Positions 11,033-20,821 of a stretch of 31,116 nt of DNA are shown one piece after another (position 1 is the first letter of the stretch; every line of letters starts with the position of its first letter). The translations under genes and the position numbers were made by a program. Origin of the DNA: a virus (Duplodnaviria > Heunggongvirae > Uroviricota > Caudoviricetes); the IMG/VR virus record IMGVR_UViG_2690316344_000014. One strand, written 5' to 3'. The notes under the pieces are model-generated. The model was given only the letters and a program-made list of their open reading frames with translations, did not search any database and was not told the DNA's origin.

Positions 11033-11230
11033 CAGTATTTGAATCTGCGACCAAGAGTTCTCACCTAACAAATGATTAAGATTGTATAGCTCATTTACTA
11101 CCCCAATACAGCCGTACAAAACTCGCTTGTGGGAGCAAACAAAGTAATTACCCATTAAGTTTCGTCAAAGATAATTAATTCTGTCTTGCACTTTATCACC
11201 ATAGCATAACTTAAAATCCGAGATCATTAT

Positions 11231-12757
11231 TTAGAAATAAATCTCACCATCAACCATATATTTGAGAGCACTTATCGCCTGCTGGGCGGATATTACTTTC
11301 ATTAAAGGATAGTGTTTAAAAACAATGCCATTCATAAAATAGATATCACAGGTTTTATTATCCGTATTAATTATGATTTTTTCGAATGTTTTATAGGCAA
11401 GTGTACGGCATAACTCTCGTCCATTTTTACTGGTTAAGTCAATAGCATAAAAATCACTGAATGAATTTACACCTTTACTCTTCAAAGTTTTCAATGATAC
11501 CGAAGCCCTTCGTAATTCCTTATCTAATAGTCTTATTTTCTCTGCTATAGCGGTAACTTCAGGCGCGACAGACAATGCAACGATTAAATTATTAATTTTC
11601 ATCTGAAGCTCAATAATTTTTAACTCTAAAGTTTCATTAGCATCTTTCTTGTTTTCAACTGGTTGAATTTTGCTACAATTAAAAAGCAATTCATTAATGA
11701 TATTATAATCAACCAAATCTCTTTTTATTGATGGCCTGTCACATCGATGTAATCTTCTCATCGGACAAACATAATAGCCATGCAAACTTCCAGATGCCGC
11801 ATGAACAATCATGGTATTACCACAAGCCTCACACTTCATAACTGTTCGAAGTAGATTTATTAGCATAGGATTCTTGCTACTATTGCTAATACCAAAAGGT
11901 ACCAACCGAATTTCCTGTACAGCGTAAAACAAATCATCTGATATGACTCTGGGATAATAGCCAGCGATTTCACTTATCCCTTTCCCTCTTGCACGATATG
12001 AAGGTACGCATATACCTATCAGAGCTTTATTCGCTAATAATTTTTCAATTACAGAAGGTCCCCATGCACTTTCTTTTCCTGAGAAATTCTTTACAGCATG
12101 ATCATTTAAATACTTGGCTATTGCATTCAATGAGCGCCTTTCCATCCTGAGTTTAAAAATTAGCTCAATAGTTTTCACCCTGTCGGGGTCTGGAACAAAA
12201 GCCGTTCTTTTGTCATCTAAGGAGAGCCATCTCGGACAAGACGCCGTCATAATCGTACCTGATTCCAGTGCATCCTGCCGTTTTTTCTTCCATGATAATT
12301 TAACCCGACTTGACTTTATCTCGCTTTCTTCATTTGCCCTTTGTGCTATAAGTATGGCTTTTATTAATGAATATGGCTCATTCAAAGAGTCAATATTATA
12401 GACTGTATTGTCGCAAAGAGTTATAACATCAATACCGTGATTCAAAATCAATTTCAGACGTTCAATCGCTTCACCGACTTTTTCTCTTGAAAGTCTGTCC
12501 AGACTTTCAACTAACAATGTAGTTCCTGGCAATATATAACCATGCTCTATAGCATCTAAAAATTCCGAAAAAGCTCCTGATTGTGCATGCTTTCCTTTGA
12601 ATGCACTTAATCCTAAATCTTCATATGTTATGGTATCAAGATAATAATCACTATTTACCTTTAACCATTCAGCAATAAGTCTTCTCTGTCGGTTTAATGA
12701 GTCGCCAGACATCTGACCTGGTGATGAAAATCGCATATATGCTATGGCTTTTTTCAT
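11231..12757 (-). CDS. ybcK: large serine recombinase (resolvase/invertase N-domain plus recombinase and zinc-ribbon domains)
   Basis: 508 aa. N-terminal resolvase catalytic region (MKKAIAYMRFSSPGQ ... SLNRQ with the catalytic Ser) and a C-terminal Cys cluster (CEACGNTM ... YYVCP). Position matches DLP12 ybcK. Confidence 0.85.
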   Translation of the reverse strand: MKKAIAYMRFSSPGQMSGDSLNRQRRLIAEWLKVNSDYYLDTITYEDLGLSAFKGKHAQSGAFSEFLDAIEHGYILPGTTLLVESLDRLSREKVGEAIERLKLILNHGIDVITLCDNTVYNIDSLNEPYSLIKAILIAQRANEESEIKSSRVKLSWKKKRQDALESGTIMTASCPRWLSLDDKRTAFVPDPDRVKTIELIFKLRMERRSLNAIAKYLNDHAVKNFSGKESAWGPSVIEKLLANKALIGICVPSYRARGKGISEIAGYYPRVISDDLFYAVQEIRLVPFGISNSSKNPMLINLLRTVMKCEACGNTMIVHAASGSLHGYYVCPMRRLHRCDRPSIKRDLVDYNIINELLFNCSKIQPVENKKDANETLELKIIELQMKINNLIVALSVAPEVTAIAEKIRLLDKELRRASVSLKTLKSKGVNSFSDFYAIDLTSKNGRELCRTLAYKTFEKIIINTDNKTCDIYFMNGIVFKHYPLMKVISAQQAISALKYMVDGEIYF

Positions 12758-13013
12758 GGTGACACCTGCTAACGTATGCTTTTATAAACCTTAGTGGTGG
12801 GATATAATTTTTTGTTTATTTTTTATTTAAAAAGACAATTAAGGTCACATTATCTTGAATATACAACAATAATCGTATTGCAATTTTCTTACGCCATAAT
12901 CTTGAAAGCACAAAAGAATACATAAAAAATAAAGACATTAACAAAAAGCATAAAACGAGGCTCATATAAATATAAGAGCCTCCATATTTTAGTCGTTTAG
13001 AAACAAATTATTT

Positions 13014-13256
13014 TAATGTGGTGTGCTTCGTGACAATAAATTAATAATCAACACACCGGCACAAATCAACATCATGCCTATAATGGCTGGCAGGTCCAGC
13101 CGTTGGCCGAAAAATCCCCATGACAGTAAGCTAATCAGGACAATACCGACTCCTGACCAGATAGCATAAGCAATCCCTGTAGGAATATAAGCCAGCGTCT
13201 GAGCTAATAACCAGAATGATGCACAATAACAAATAATTGTACCAACAGATGGCCAT
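13014..13256 (-). pseudogene. emrE: emrE (small multidrug resistance transporter) 3' fragment, 5' end replaced by IS2
   Basis: Reverse-strand translation gives WPSVGTIICYCASFWLL ... ending LLSRSTPH-stop, the EmrE C-terminal ~80 residues. The reading frame breaks at the IS2 terminal repeat at 13257. Confidence 0.75.
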
Positions 13257-13966
13257 TGGATTTGCCCCTATATTTCCAGACACCTGTTATCACTTAACCC
13301 ATTACTGGCTTGCTGCCGTAGATATTCCCGTGGCGAGCGATAACCCAGTGCACTATGCGGATGCCATTCGTTATAATGCTCGAACGCCTCTGCAAGGTTC
13401 TTTGCTGCCGTTAACCCGTCTGGTTTGGGCATGACACTGATGTAGTCACGCTTTATCGTTTTCACGAAGCTCTCTGCTATGCCGTTACTCTCCGGACTCC
13501 GCACCGCCGTGCTCTTCGGTTCAAGCCCCAACATCCGGGCAAACTGCCGTGTTTCATTAGCCCGGTAGCATGAACCATTATCCGTCAGCCACTCTACTGG
13601 AGACGCCGGAAGCTCGTTGCCGAAGCGGCGTTCCACCGCTCCCAGCATGACGTCCTGTACTGTTTCACTGTTGAAGCCGCCCGTAGTGACCGCCCAGTGC
13701 AGTGCCTCACGGTCACAGCAGTCCAGCGCGAACGTGACTCGCAGTTTTTCTCCGTTATCACAGCGGAACTCGAACCCGTCAGAGCACCATCGCTGATTAC
13801 TTTCTTTCACAGCCACTCTGCCTGTATGTGCCCGTTTCGATGGCGGTACAGCAGGTTTTCGCTCAAGCAACAGCGCATTCTGGCGCATGATCCGGTAAAC
13901 ACGTTTGGCATTGATCGCAGGCATACCATCAAGTTCTGCCTGTCTGCGAAGCAGCGCCCATACCCG
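13257..13966 (-). mobile_element. IS2 partial copy (right end and 3' part of insD only, ~710 bp of ~1.3 kb)
   Basis: Reverse complement of 13257-13300 is the IS2 terminal sequence (...GGGTTAAGTGATAACAGGTGTCTGGAAATATAGGGGCAAATCCA). The InsD C-terminal 218 aa is intact. Similarity to IS2 stops after ...CGCCCATACCCG at 13966, where the lambda gam 3' end begins. Confidence 0.85.
13268..13924 (-). CDS. insD: IS2 transposase InsD, C-terminal fragment (IS3 family OrfB)
   Basis: [53 protein letters not shown] ... [24 protein letters not shown]. The N-terminal third of InsD and all of insC are absent. Confidence 0.85.
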
Positions 13967-14072
13967 TGCGTTTGATGACGATGTTGAGTTTCAGGAGCGC
14001 ATGGCAGAACACATCCGGTACATGGTTGAAACCATTGCTCACCACCAGGTTGATATTGATTCAGAGGTATAA
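13965..14072 (+). pseudogene. gam: gam 3' fragment (last ~35 codons of lambda Gam)
   Basis: Translates as [35 protein letters not shown]-stop, the lambda Gam C-terminus, directly upstream of bet. The 5' part is deleted at the IS2 junction. Confidence 0.8.
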
Positions 14073-14077
14073 AACGG

Positions 14078-14863
14078 ATGAGTACAGCACTCGCAACGCT
14101 GGCTGGGAAGCTGGCTGAACGTGTCGGCATGGATTCTGTCGACCCACAGGAACTGATCACCACTCTTCGCCAGACGGCATTTAAAGGTGATGCCAGCGAT
14201 GCGCAGTTCATCGCATTACTGATCGTTGCCAACCAGTACGGCCTTAATCCGTGGACGAAAGAAATTTACGCCTTCCCTGATAAGCAGAACGGCATCGTTC
14301 CGGTGGTGGGCGTTGATGGCTGGTCCCGCATCATCAATGAAAACCAGCAGTTTGATGGCATGGACTTTGAGCAGGACAATGAATCCTGCACATGCCGGAT
14401 TTACCGCAAGGACCGTAATCATCCGATCTGCGTTACCGAGTGGATGGATGAATGCCGCCGCGAACCATTCAAAACCCGTGAAGGCAGAGAAATCACGGGG
14501 CCGTGGCAGTCGCATCCTAAACGGATGTTACGGCATAAAGCCATGATTCAGTGTGCCCGTCTCGCCTTCGGATTTGCGGGTATCTATGACAAGGATGAAG
14601 CCGAGCGCATTGTCGAAAATACCGCATACACTGCAGAACGTCAGCCGGAACGCGACATCACTCCGGTTAACGATGAAACCATGCAGGAGATTAACACTCT
14701 GCTGATTGCCCTGGACAAAACATGGGATGACGACTTATTGCCGCTCTGTTCCCAGATATTTCGCCGCGACATTCGCGCATCGTCGGAACTGACACAGGCC
14801 GAAGCAGTGAAAGCTCTTGGATTCCTGAAACAGAAAGCCTCTGAACAGAAGGTGGCTGCATGA
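14078..14863 (+). CDS. bet: Red-beta single-strand annealing recombinase Bet
   Basis: 261 aa, [66 protein letters not shown]..., near-identical to lambda Bet over its full length. Confidence 0.95.
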   Translation: MSTALATLAGKLAERVGMDSVDPQELITTLRQTAFKGDASDAQFIALLIVANQYGLNPWTKEIYAFPDKQNGIVPVVGVDGWSRIINENQQFDGMDFEQDNESCTCRIYRKDRNHPICVTEWMDECRREPFKTREGREITGPWQSHPKRMLRHKAMIQCARLAFGFAGIYDKDEAERIVENTAYTAERQPERDITPVNDETMQEINTLLIALDKTWDDDLLPLCSQIFRRDIRASSELTQAEAVKALGFLKQKASEQKVAA

Positions 14864-15540
14864 CACCGGACATTATCCTGCAGCGTACCGGGATCGACGT
14901 GAGAGCTGTCGAACAGGGGGATGATGCGTGGCACAAATTACGGCTCGGCGTCATCACCGCTTCAGAAGTTCACAATGTGATAGCAAAACCCCGCTCCGGA
15001 AAGAAATGGCCTGACATGAAAATGTCCTACTTCCACACCCTGCTTGCCGAGGTTTGCACCGGTGTGGCTCCGGAAGTTAACGCTAAGGCGCTGGCCTGGG
15101 GAAAACAGTACGAGAACGACGCCAGAGCCCTCTTTGAGTTCACTTCCGGCGTGAATGTTACTGAATCCCCGATCATCTATCGCGACGAAAGTATGCGCAC
15201 CGCCTGCTCTCCCGATGGTTTATGCAGTGACGGCAATGGCCTTGAACTGAAATGCCCGTTTACCTCACGGGATTTCATGAAGTTCCGGCTCGGTGGTTTC
15301 GAGGCCATAAAATCGGCTTACATGGCCCAGGTGCAGTACAGCATGTGGGTGATACGAAAAGATGCCTGGTACTTTGCCAACTATGACCCGCGTATGAAGC
15401 GTGAAGGCCTGCATTATGTCGTGATTGAGCGGGATGAAAAGTACATGGCGAGTTTTGACGAGATGGTGCCGGAGTTCATCGAAAAAATGGACGAGGCACT
15501 GGCTGAAATTGGTTTTGTATTTGGGGAGCAATGGCGATGA
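14860..15540 (+). CDS. exo: lambda exonuclease (Red-alpha)
   Basis: 226 aa, [65 protein letters not shown]..., full-length match to lambda Exo. Start overlaps the bet stop. Confidence 0.95.
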   Translation: MTPDIILQRTGIDVRAVEQGDDAWHKLRLGVITASEVHNVIAKPRSGKKWPDMKMSYFHTLLAEVCTGVAPEVNAKALAWGKQYENDARALFEFTSGVNVTESPIIYRDESMRTACSPDGLCSDGNGLELKCPFTSRDFMKFRLGGFEAIKSAYMAQVQYSMWVIRKDAWYFANYDPRMKREGLHYVVIERDEKYMASFDEMVPEFIEKMDEALAEIGFVFGEQWR

Positions 15541-15719
15541 AGCATCCTCACGATAATATCCGGGTAGGCGCGATCACTTTCGTCTACTCCGTTACAAAGC
15601 GAGGCTGGGTATTTCCCGGCCTTTCTGTTATCCGAAATCCCCTGAAAGCACAGCGGCTGGCTGAGGAGATAAATAATAAACGGGGAGCTGTATGCACAAA
15701 GCATCTCCCGTTGAGTTAA
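15531..15719 (+). CDS. lambda orf61-like small early protein
   Basis: 62 aa immediately after exo, the position of lambda orf61. Product unknown. Confidence 0.55.
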   Translation: MAMKHPHDNIRVGAITFVYSVTKRGWVFPGLSVIRNPLKAQRLAEEINNKRGAVCTKHLPLS

Positions 15720-15883
15720 GAACGAGTATCGAGATGGCACATAGCCTCGCTCAAATTGGAGTCAGGTTTGTGCCAATACCAGTAGAAACAGACGAAGAAT
15801 TTCATACGTTAGCCGCATCCCTTTCACAAAAGCTGGAAATGATGGTGGCGAAAGCAGAAGCAGATGAGAGAGACCAGGTATGA
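15692..15883 (+). CDS. lambda orf63-like small early protein
   Basis: 63 aa, [63 protein letters not shown]. Position matches lambda orf63. Confidence 0.55.
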   Translation: MHKASPVELRTSIEMAHSLAQIGVRFVPIPVETDEEFHTLAASLSQKLEMMVAKAEADERDQV

Positions 15884-15959
15884 CAACCACTGAATGCATT
15901 TTTCTGGCAGCGGGCTTCATATTCTGTGTGCTTATGCTTGCCAACATGGGGCTTGTTCA

Positions 15960-16175
15960 ATGACACCTCAGCAAGAAAACGCCCTTCGCAGCATTGCCCG
16001 TCAGGCTAATTCTGAAATCAAAAAAGCCAGACAGCAGTTTCCGGATAAAAACGTCGATGACATTTGCCGTAGCGTACTGAAGAAGCACCGCGAAACGGTA
16101 ACGCTGATGGGATTCACACCGACTCATTTAAGCCTGGCGATCGGCATGTTAAACGGCGTCTTTAAGGAGCGATGA
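15960..16175 (+). CDS. lambda orf60a-like small early protein
   Basis: Internal start MTPQQENALRSIARQANSEIKKARQQFPDKNVDDICRSVLKKHRETVTLMGF...; position matches lambda orf60a. Confidence 0.5.
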   Translation: MTPQQENALRSIARQANSEIKKARQQFPDKNVDDICRSVLKKHRETVTLMGFTPTHLSLAIGMLNGVFKER

Positions 16176-16273
16176 ACATGAAAAGCAAAATCATCAGGGA
16201 GCTACAGGCTCCTTTTTTATTATTCGCATTCACCCTCAAGCGTATTAACCAACAATTCAGGGATTAATGGAAG

Positions 16274-16492
16274 ATGGCAGACATCATTGATTCAGCATCA
16301 GAAATCGAAGAATTACAGCGCAATACAGCAATAAAAATGCGTCGTCTGAACCACCAGGTTATATCTGCCACTCATTGTTGTGAGTGTGGCGATCCCATAG
16401 ATGAACGAAGACGCCTGGCCGTTCAGGGTTGTCGGACTTGTGCAAGTTGCCAGGAGGAGATCGAACTTAAGAACAAACAATGGGGATTGTGA
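16274..16492 (+). CDS. TraR/DksA-family C4 zinc-finger protein (lambda Orf73-like)
   Basis: 72 aa with CxxC-x17-CxxC (CCECGDPIDERRRLAVQGCRTCASC), the TraR/DksA C4-type zinc-finger layout. Phage homologues of this family are known to act on host RNA polymerase. Confidence 0.65.
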   Translation: MADIIDSASEIEELQRNTAIKMRRLNHQVISATHCCECGDPIDERRRLAVQGCRTCASCQEEIELKNKQWGL

Positions 16493-16539
16493 TGGCCTCA
16501 AAGCAGCAAATTTCAACATCGTCCAACTGAGGTGTAAAA

Positions 16540-16818
16540 ATGTTCAGAATCATTTTTCCTAACACCTGGTACGTCGACCACCACGGCACTCCCTGCAAAA
16601 TCCTGCGTTCTACCCACAACAAAGTTCACTACATCCGAAAAGGCAGAACATGTATCGCCAGCATGTTCCGCTTTAATCATGACTTTGAACCTGTGAATAA
16701 AGCTGATGCAGATCGGATAGCAGAAGAGATCGAAACGGCAGAACACATTAAGAAGTTACGTGACATGCGTTCAAAAAGCAGAGGTAACCATGGAATCATA
16801 CAGCCTCACACTCGATGA
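16540..16818 (+). CDS. small Cys/His-rich early-left protein (possibly Ea8.5-like)
   Basis: 92-aa ORF between the TraR-like gene and xis, with several His/Cys residues. Assignment is tentative, from position and size only. Confidence 0.4.
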   Translation: MFRIIFPNTWYVDHHGTPCKILRSTHNKVHYIRKGRTCIASMFRFNHDFEPVNKADADRIAEEIETAEHIKKLRDMRSKSRGNHGIIQPHTR

Positions 16819-17140
16819 GGCCTGTCAGTTTCTCAAGATATCCAGACCTACCGCTACCAACTGGATACGAACAGGCCGCCTACAGGCAACACGCAAAGAC
16901 CCCACTAAACTAAAATCTCCTTACCTCACAACACGACAAGCCTGCATTGCGGCGCTTCAGTCTCCGCTGCATACTGTCCAGGTGAGCGCGGGTGATGGCA
17001 TAACAGAGGAAAGAAAATGTCACTCTTCCGCAGAGGTGAAATATGGTACGCCAGTTTCACATTGCCGAACGGTAAAAGATTTAAACAGTCTCTTGGAACA
17101 AAGGACAAAAGGCAGGCGACAGAACTCCATGACAAGCTAA
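16790..17140 (+). CDS. xis: excisionase (Xis), HTH DNA-binding
   Basis: Internal start with a good SD (GAGGTAACC-ATG): [37 protein letters not shown]. Immediately upstream of int, but overlaps it by ~120 nt, so the true 3' end is uncertain and the gene may be frameshifted. Confidence 0.55.
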   Translation: MESYSLTLDEACQFLKISRPTATNWIRTGRLQATRKDPTKLKSPYLTTRQACIAALQSPLHTVQVSAGDGITEERKCHSSAEVKYGTPVSHCRTVKDLNSLLEQRTKGRRQNSMTS

Positions 17141-18180
17141 AGGCTGAAGCATGGCGGGTCAGCAAACTTGGTGAAATACCTGATATAACGTTCGAGGAAG
17201 CGTGTGTCAGGTGGCTTGAAGAGAAAGCACATAAAAAATCACTGGACGATGACAAAAGCCGGATCGGATTCTGGCTTCAACATTTCGCAGGAATGCAACT
17301 AAGAGACATTACTGAATCAAAAATTTATTCAGCAATGCAGAAAATGACGAACCGGCGTAATGAGGAAAACTGGAAACTCAGGGCAGAAGCATGCAGAAAA
17401 AAAGGGAAACCTGTTCCAGAATACAAGCCAAAACCAGCGTCTGTTGCAACGAAGGCTACGCATCTTTCATTTATAAAAGCCCTACTAAGAGCCGCAGAGC
17501 GTGAATGGAAAATGCTGGATAAGGCACCAATTATTAAAGTGCCTCAACCAAAGAATAAACGGATCCGCTGGCTGGAGCCCCATGAAGCACAAAGGCTGAT
17601 TGATGAATGTCCGGAGCCATTAAAGTCTGTTGTTGAATTTGCACTGGCAACAGGCTTAAGACGCTCGAACATCATCAACCTTGAATGGCAACAAATAGAT
17701 ATGCAGCGCCGGGTGGCATGGATAAACCCGGAAGAGAGTAAATCAAACCGCGCAATCGGCGTTGCGCTGAATGATACTGCATGTCGCGTATTGAAAAAAC
17801 AAATCGGGAATCATCACCGTTGGGTATTTGTGTACAAGGAAAGCTGTACCAAACCAGACGGAACGAAAGCGCCAACAGTAAGGAAGATGCGGTATGACGC
17901 AAACACAGCCTGGAAAGCGGCGCTGAGACGGGCTGGTATTGATGATTTCAGATTTCACGACTTGAGACACACCTGGGCAAGTTGGCTGGTTCAAGCCGGA
18001 GTCCCGTTGTCAGTGTTACAGGAAATGGGAGGCTGGGAGTCTATCGAAATGGTTCGTCGATATGCTCACCTTGCACCTAATCACCTTACCGAACACGCAC
18101 GGCAAATAGACTCGATCCTGAACCCATCGGTCCCAAATTTGTCCCAGTCAAAAAATAAGGAAGGTACTAATGATGTGTAA
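17017..18180 (+). CDS. int: prophage tyrosine integrase (DLP12 IntD-like)
   Basis: 387 aa with a C-terminal catalytic region ([42 protein letters not shown], i.e. HxxR ... Y). Ends 15 nt before the tRNA-Thr fragment and is convergent with it. Confidence 0.9.
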   Translation: MSLFRRGEIWYASFTLPNGKRFKQSLGTKDKRQATELHDKLKAEAWRVSKLGEIPDITFEEACVRWLEEKAHKKSLDDDKSRIGFWLQHFAGMQLRDITESKIYSAMQKMTNRRNEENWKLRAEACRKKGKPVPEYKPKPASVATKATHLSFIKALLRAAEREWKMLDKAPIIKVPQPKNKRIRWLEPHEAQRLIDECPEPLKSVVEFALATGLRRSNIINLEWQQIDMQRRVAWINPEESKSNRAIGVALNDTACRVLKKQIGNHHRWVFVYKESCTKPDGTKAPTVRKMRYDANTAWKAALRRAGIDDFRFHDLRHTWASWLVQAGVPLSVLQEMGGWESIEMVRRYAHLAPNHLTEHARQIDSILNPSVPNLSQSKNKEGTNDV

Positions 18181-18194
18181 CTTATTGATTTAAA

Positions 18195-18243
18195 TGGTGC
18201 CGATAATAGGAGTCGAACCTACGACCTTCGCATTACGAATGCG
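18195..18243 (-). other. att core: 3' 49 nt of a tRNA-Thr(CGU) gene (thrW-like), not a complete tRNA
   Basis: Reverse complement is CGCATTCGTAATGCGAAGGTCGTAGGTTCGACTCCTATTATCGGCACCA: anticodon stem-loop (anticodon CGT), T-arm and CCA end. Sequence 5' of the anticodon stem does not continue as D-arm or acceptor stem. Confidence 0.8.
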
Positions 18244-18331
18244 TAAATTGATCTTGTAAAATCAATACCTATCGAATTTAAATGGATTTTTTGCCACAAT
18301 ATTGCCACAGTTCGTTAGGAATCAGACAGAA

Positions 18332-19405
18332 ATGGCGACTATACGCAAACGTGGTAACTACCAATGGGAAGCTCAAATCCGTAAACGTGGTTTTCCCTCT
18401 CAAACCAAAACCTTTAACACCAAAGTAGAAGCAGAAGCTTGGGCCAAAATGATCGAGTCAGAAATGGCGAGAGGAGTTTGGCTTAGCCGCAGCGAAGCGG
18501 AATCTACGACATTGTATGAAGCCCTAACGCGATATGAAAAAGAGATTGTTCCCGACAAAAAAGGGGCAGTGCAAGACCGATCATTGGTGCGGATACTAAA
18601 AGGCACTCAGCTGGCGAAAAACTATATGGCCAGCATCAGGAGTGCCGATGTCGCCAAGCTGAGAGATGAATGGTTGAAAATCTATGCTCCTGCAACCGTT
18701 TTAAGGCGTTTGGCCTTACTTTCTCATGTATTCAATGTTTCGCGGAAAGAATGGGGCATGGAGAGCCTGCTGAACCCCGTAGAGGCCATTCGCAAACCCC
18801 AACCCAAGAACTCCAGGACCAGACGCCTAGAAGCGCTGCCTGTAGTTTCTGAGAAAACCGGTGTTACGTCAGGAAAGCAAATAGCCAACGAGATCGAACA
18901 TATCATCGCCGCAACACATTCATTAGTATTGCCAGCAATCATTCTTCTGGCGTTAGAGACAGCCATGCGCCGTAGCGAAATCGCAGAGCTTCGATGGCGC
19001 TTTATCGATCTTGATCGGCGAGTTGCACATCTGCCGGATACTAAGAATGGTAATGCCCGCGATGTCCCTTTATCAACGAAAGCCATTACGATACTGTCCA
19101 GTCTCAAGGAACATTCTAAGCCAGCTGCTGATAAGGTTTTTGATATGCGTGCAGACGCGATTACCCGAGCTTTTGACCGAGCTGTAAAACGAGCCAGAGA
19201 ACGATACGAGAAAACAAACTCATTATGTGATGAATCTTTCCTTAAAGATTTAAGATTTCATGACCTTCGACATGAAGCAACTTCTCGACTTGCTGAAATT
19301 TTCCCTATGCATGAACTAACCAAAATTACAGGACATAAAGATCCAAGAATGCTAATGCGGTATTATCATCCAAAAGCTGAAGATTTGGCGTTAAAGTTGA
19401 AATAA
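18332..19405 (+). CDS. second tyrosine site-specific integrase/recombinase
   Basis: MATIRKRGNYQWEAQIRKRGF... with C-terminal catalytic residues (RRSE, LRFHDLRHEATSRL, MLMRYYH). The ORF can start at 18302. Lies just across the att fragment from the prophage int. Confidence 0.85.
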   Translation: MATIRKRGNYQWEAQIRKRGFPSQTKTFNTKVEAEAWAKMIESEMARGVWLSRSEAESTTLYEALTRYEKEIVPDKKGAVQDRSLVRILKGTQLAKNYMASIRSADVAKLRDEWLKIYAPATVLRRLALLSHVFNVSRKEWGMESLLNPVEAIRKPQPKNSRTRRLEALPVVSEKTGVTSGKQIANEIEHIIAATHSLVLPAIILLALETAMRRSEIAELRWRFIDLDRRVAHLPDTKNGNARDVPLSTKAITILSSLKEHSKPAADKVFDMRADAITRAFDRAVKRARERYEKTNSLCDESFLKDLRFHDLRHEATSRLAEIFPMHELTKITGHKDPRMLMRYYHPKAEDLALKLK

Positions 19406-19414
19406 GGACGTTGT

Positions 19415-20305
19415 ATGGATTATAAAAATAAGTTAGTTGATGCATCACCAAAATTAAACAACCCTCAACTATTGGCTATAATATACTTAATACCTTTTGG
19501 ATACTTGATTGTAGAAAACCCATTATGGCTAGAAAATATATACATTGCCGCTCCAATTTTCCTATCATCTATAGCTTTATTAACCAGTGTATACATAGGA
19601 TATCGTGATTTATTAAATAAAGTATTTAATAATGCAGTAGTTAAATGGGGCGTAACTGGCTTTACATATTCCGTATGCTTATGGATCGCAAAGTTTAAGC
19701 TTGACATAGCTTATGGTATAGTCCCAGAAAACCTTAATTACTCGACATTAGCTTATGCTTTCATGCTCTCATTTCCAATAGGGGCAATGATTTGTGCAAT
19801 TACAGTCTATATATACATATTTTTGCGAGATGTATCCCCAGCAAAAATAGTAATATCCTCTATGATTTCAGTATATATTGGAAGCTTGGCTCAACATCAT
19901 ATACAGGTGAACAATCTTCCTGAAAAAATAATATTAATAGGACTTATAATTATGGTCCCCTATAACATGGTCAATTTAGCTAGTTCATTAGTTATTAAAA
20001 GGAAATTTAATTTTAATCGTTTAGTATCAGGCTTATCCCTTTTTGCTGTGTCAGTTGCTCTTTTTATTATTAGCATGACAGCAATGAAATACATTGAAAG
20101 ATTTCAAGAAAAGTTTATTTTTCTCGATGCAAGAACATCTACGACATGTGGTAGCTCAGAAAGCAAATCTCTTTATATTGAAAAAAATGAAAATCAGTGT
20201 TATAAAATATCAGGAAATAAATTCTCGGAGTTAAGACTAACTCTTGTAGATAAAAACATCTTGAATATAAATAATAAAGGCACTTCAACTTATGAACAAA
20301 AATAA
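19415..20305 (+). CDS. hypothetical polytopic inner-membrane protein
   Basis: 296 aa, AT-rich codon usage, multiple long hydrophobic segments (LLAIIYLIPFGYLIV, AAPIFLSSIALLTSVYIGY, LIGLIIMVPYNMVNLASSLVI, LSLFAVSVALFIISM). No family recognised. Confidence 0.6.
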   Translation: MDYKNKLVDASPKLNNPQLLAIIYLIPFGYLIVENPLWLENIYIAAPIFLSSIALLTSVYIGYRDLLNKVFNNAVVKWGVTGFTYSVCLWIAKFKLDIAYGIVPENLNYSTLAYAFMLSFPIGAMICAITVYIYIFLRDVSPAKIVISSMISVYIGSLAQHHIQVNNLPEKIILIGLIIMVPYNMVNLASSLVIKRKFNFNRLVSGLSLFAVSVALFIISMTAMKYIERFQEKFIFLDARTSTTCGSSESKSLYIEKNENQCYKISGNKFSELRLTLVDKNILNINNKGTSTYEQK

Positions 20306-20519
20306 CCCTGCTAATTCATTTTCTATAGAAGCAAGGAAAGAAGCTTTTCGGAGAGCTGAAGCCAGTCTTTTTTATCAAGTAAAGATCCCAAAGGCTCCTC
20401 ATTTTTTAATGAAATAAAAACTAAGGTAATCAATGGAGAGCTAACCTATGAAGAGGCAAAGAGAGAAGTATTAAATTATCACATTGAACAATCTAAAAAT
20501 CAAAATAAAAAAGGCTAAC
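20292..20519 (+). pseudogene. small ORF split by a frameshift at a T6 run (41-aa 5' part plus 3' part in another frame)
   Basis: MNKNNPANSFSIEARKEAFRRAEASLFYQVKIPKAPHFLMK-stop. Adding one T at the T6 run (20405-20410) restores a 75-aa ORF ending ...NGELTYEEAKREVLNYHIEQSKNQNKKG. Function unknown. Confidence 0.3.
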
Positions 20520-20539
20520 ATTTAGTTAGCCTCTTCTCA

Positions 20540-20752
20540 CTAGTGAGCTATTTTATAGTCCCTTAATGCATTTTTAAGTAACTCCGTTTGCTCATCAGCA
20601 TCATCATAATTATAAATTCCCGTAGCAGAATAATACTCTTCGATGCATAGAATATTTATCAATGGTTCACAAATCTCTTTAATAAACTCCTTGTTGTTAT
20701 CGGCAAAAATAATTTTTATTCCTTCCAAAACAAAGCTATTATAATCAGCCAT
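20540..20752 (-). CDS. hypothetical small acidic protein
   Basis: 70-aa ORF 70 nt downstream of trbL on the same strand. No recognisable family. Confidence 0.4.
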   Translation of the reverse strand: MADYNSFVLEGIKIIFADNNKEFIKEICEPLINILCIEEYYSATGIYNYDDADEQTELLKNALRDYKIAH

Positions 20753-20782
20753 TATCCACCTCCTTACAGGTGTTTAGTGGAA

Positions 20783-20814
20783 GCGTCAGTTAACGTTACC
20801 GCGCTAACTGACGC
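20783..20814. repeat. hairpin: 10-bp inverted repeat with 12-nt loop between trbL and the 70-aa ORF
   Basis: GCGTCAGTTA (20783-20792) and TAACTGACGC (20805-20814). No flanking U-run. Confidence 0.3.
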
Positions 20815-20821
20815 GCCTAAA

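Noticed and set aside
13807-14232. 141-aa minus-strand ORF crossing the IS2 / gam / bet junction
   Set aside because: It spans three unrelated sequence blocks and is antisense to bet.
18195-18243. Complete tRNA-Thr gene
   Set aside because: Only the anticodon arm through the CCA end is present; the upstream sequence does not form a D-arm or acceptor stem, so I annotate it as an att fragment.
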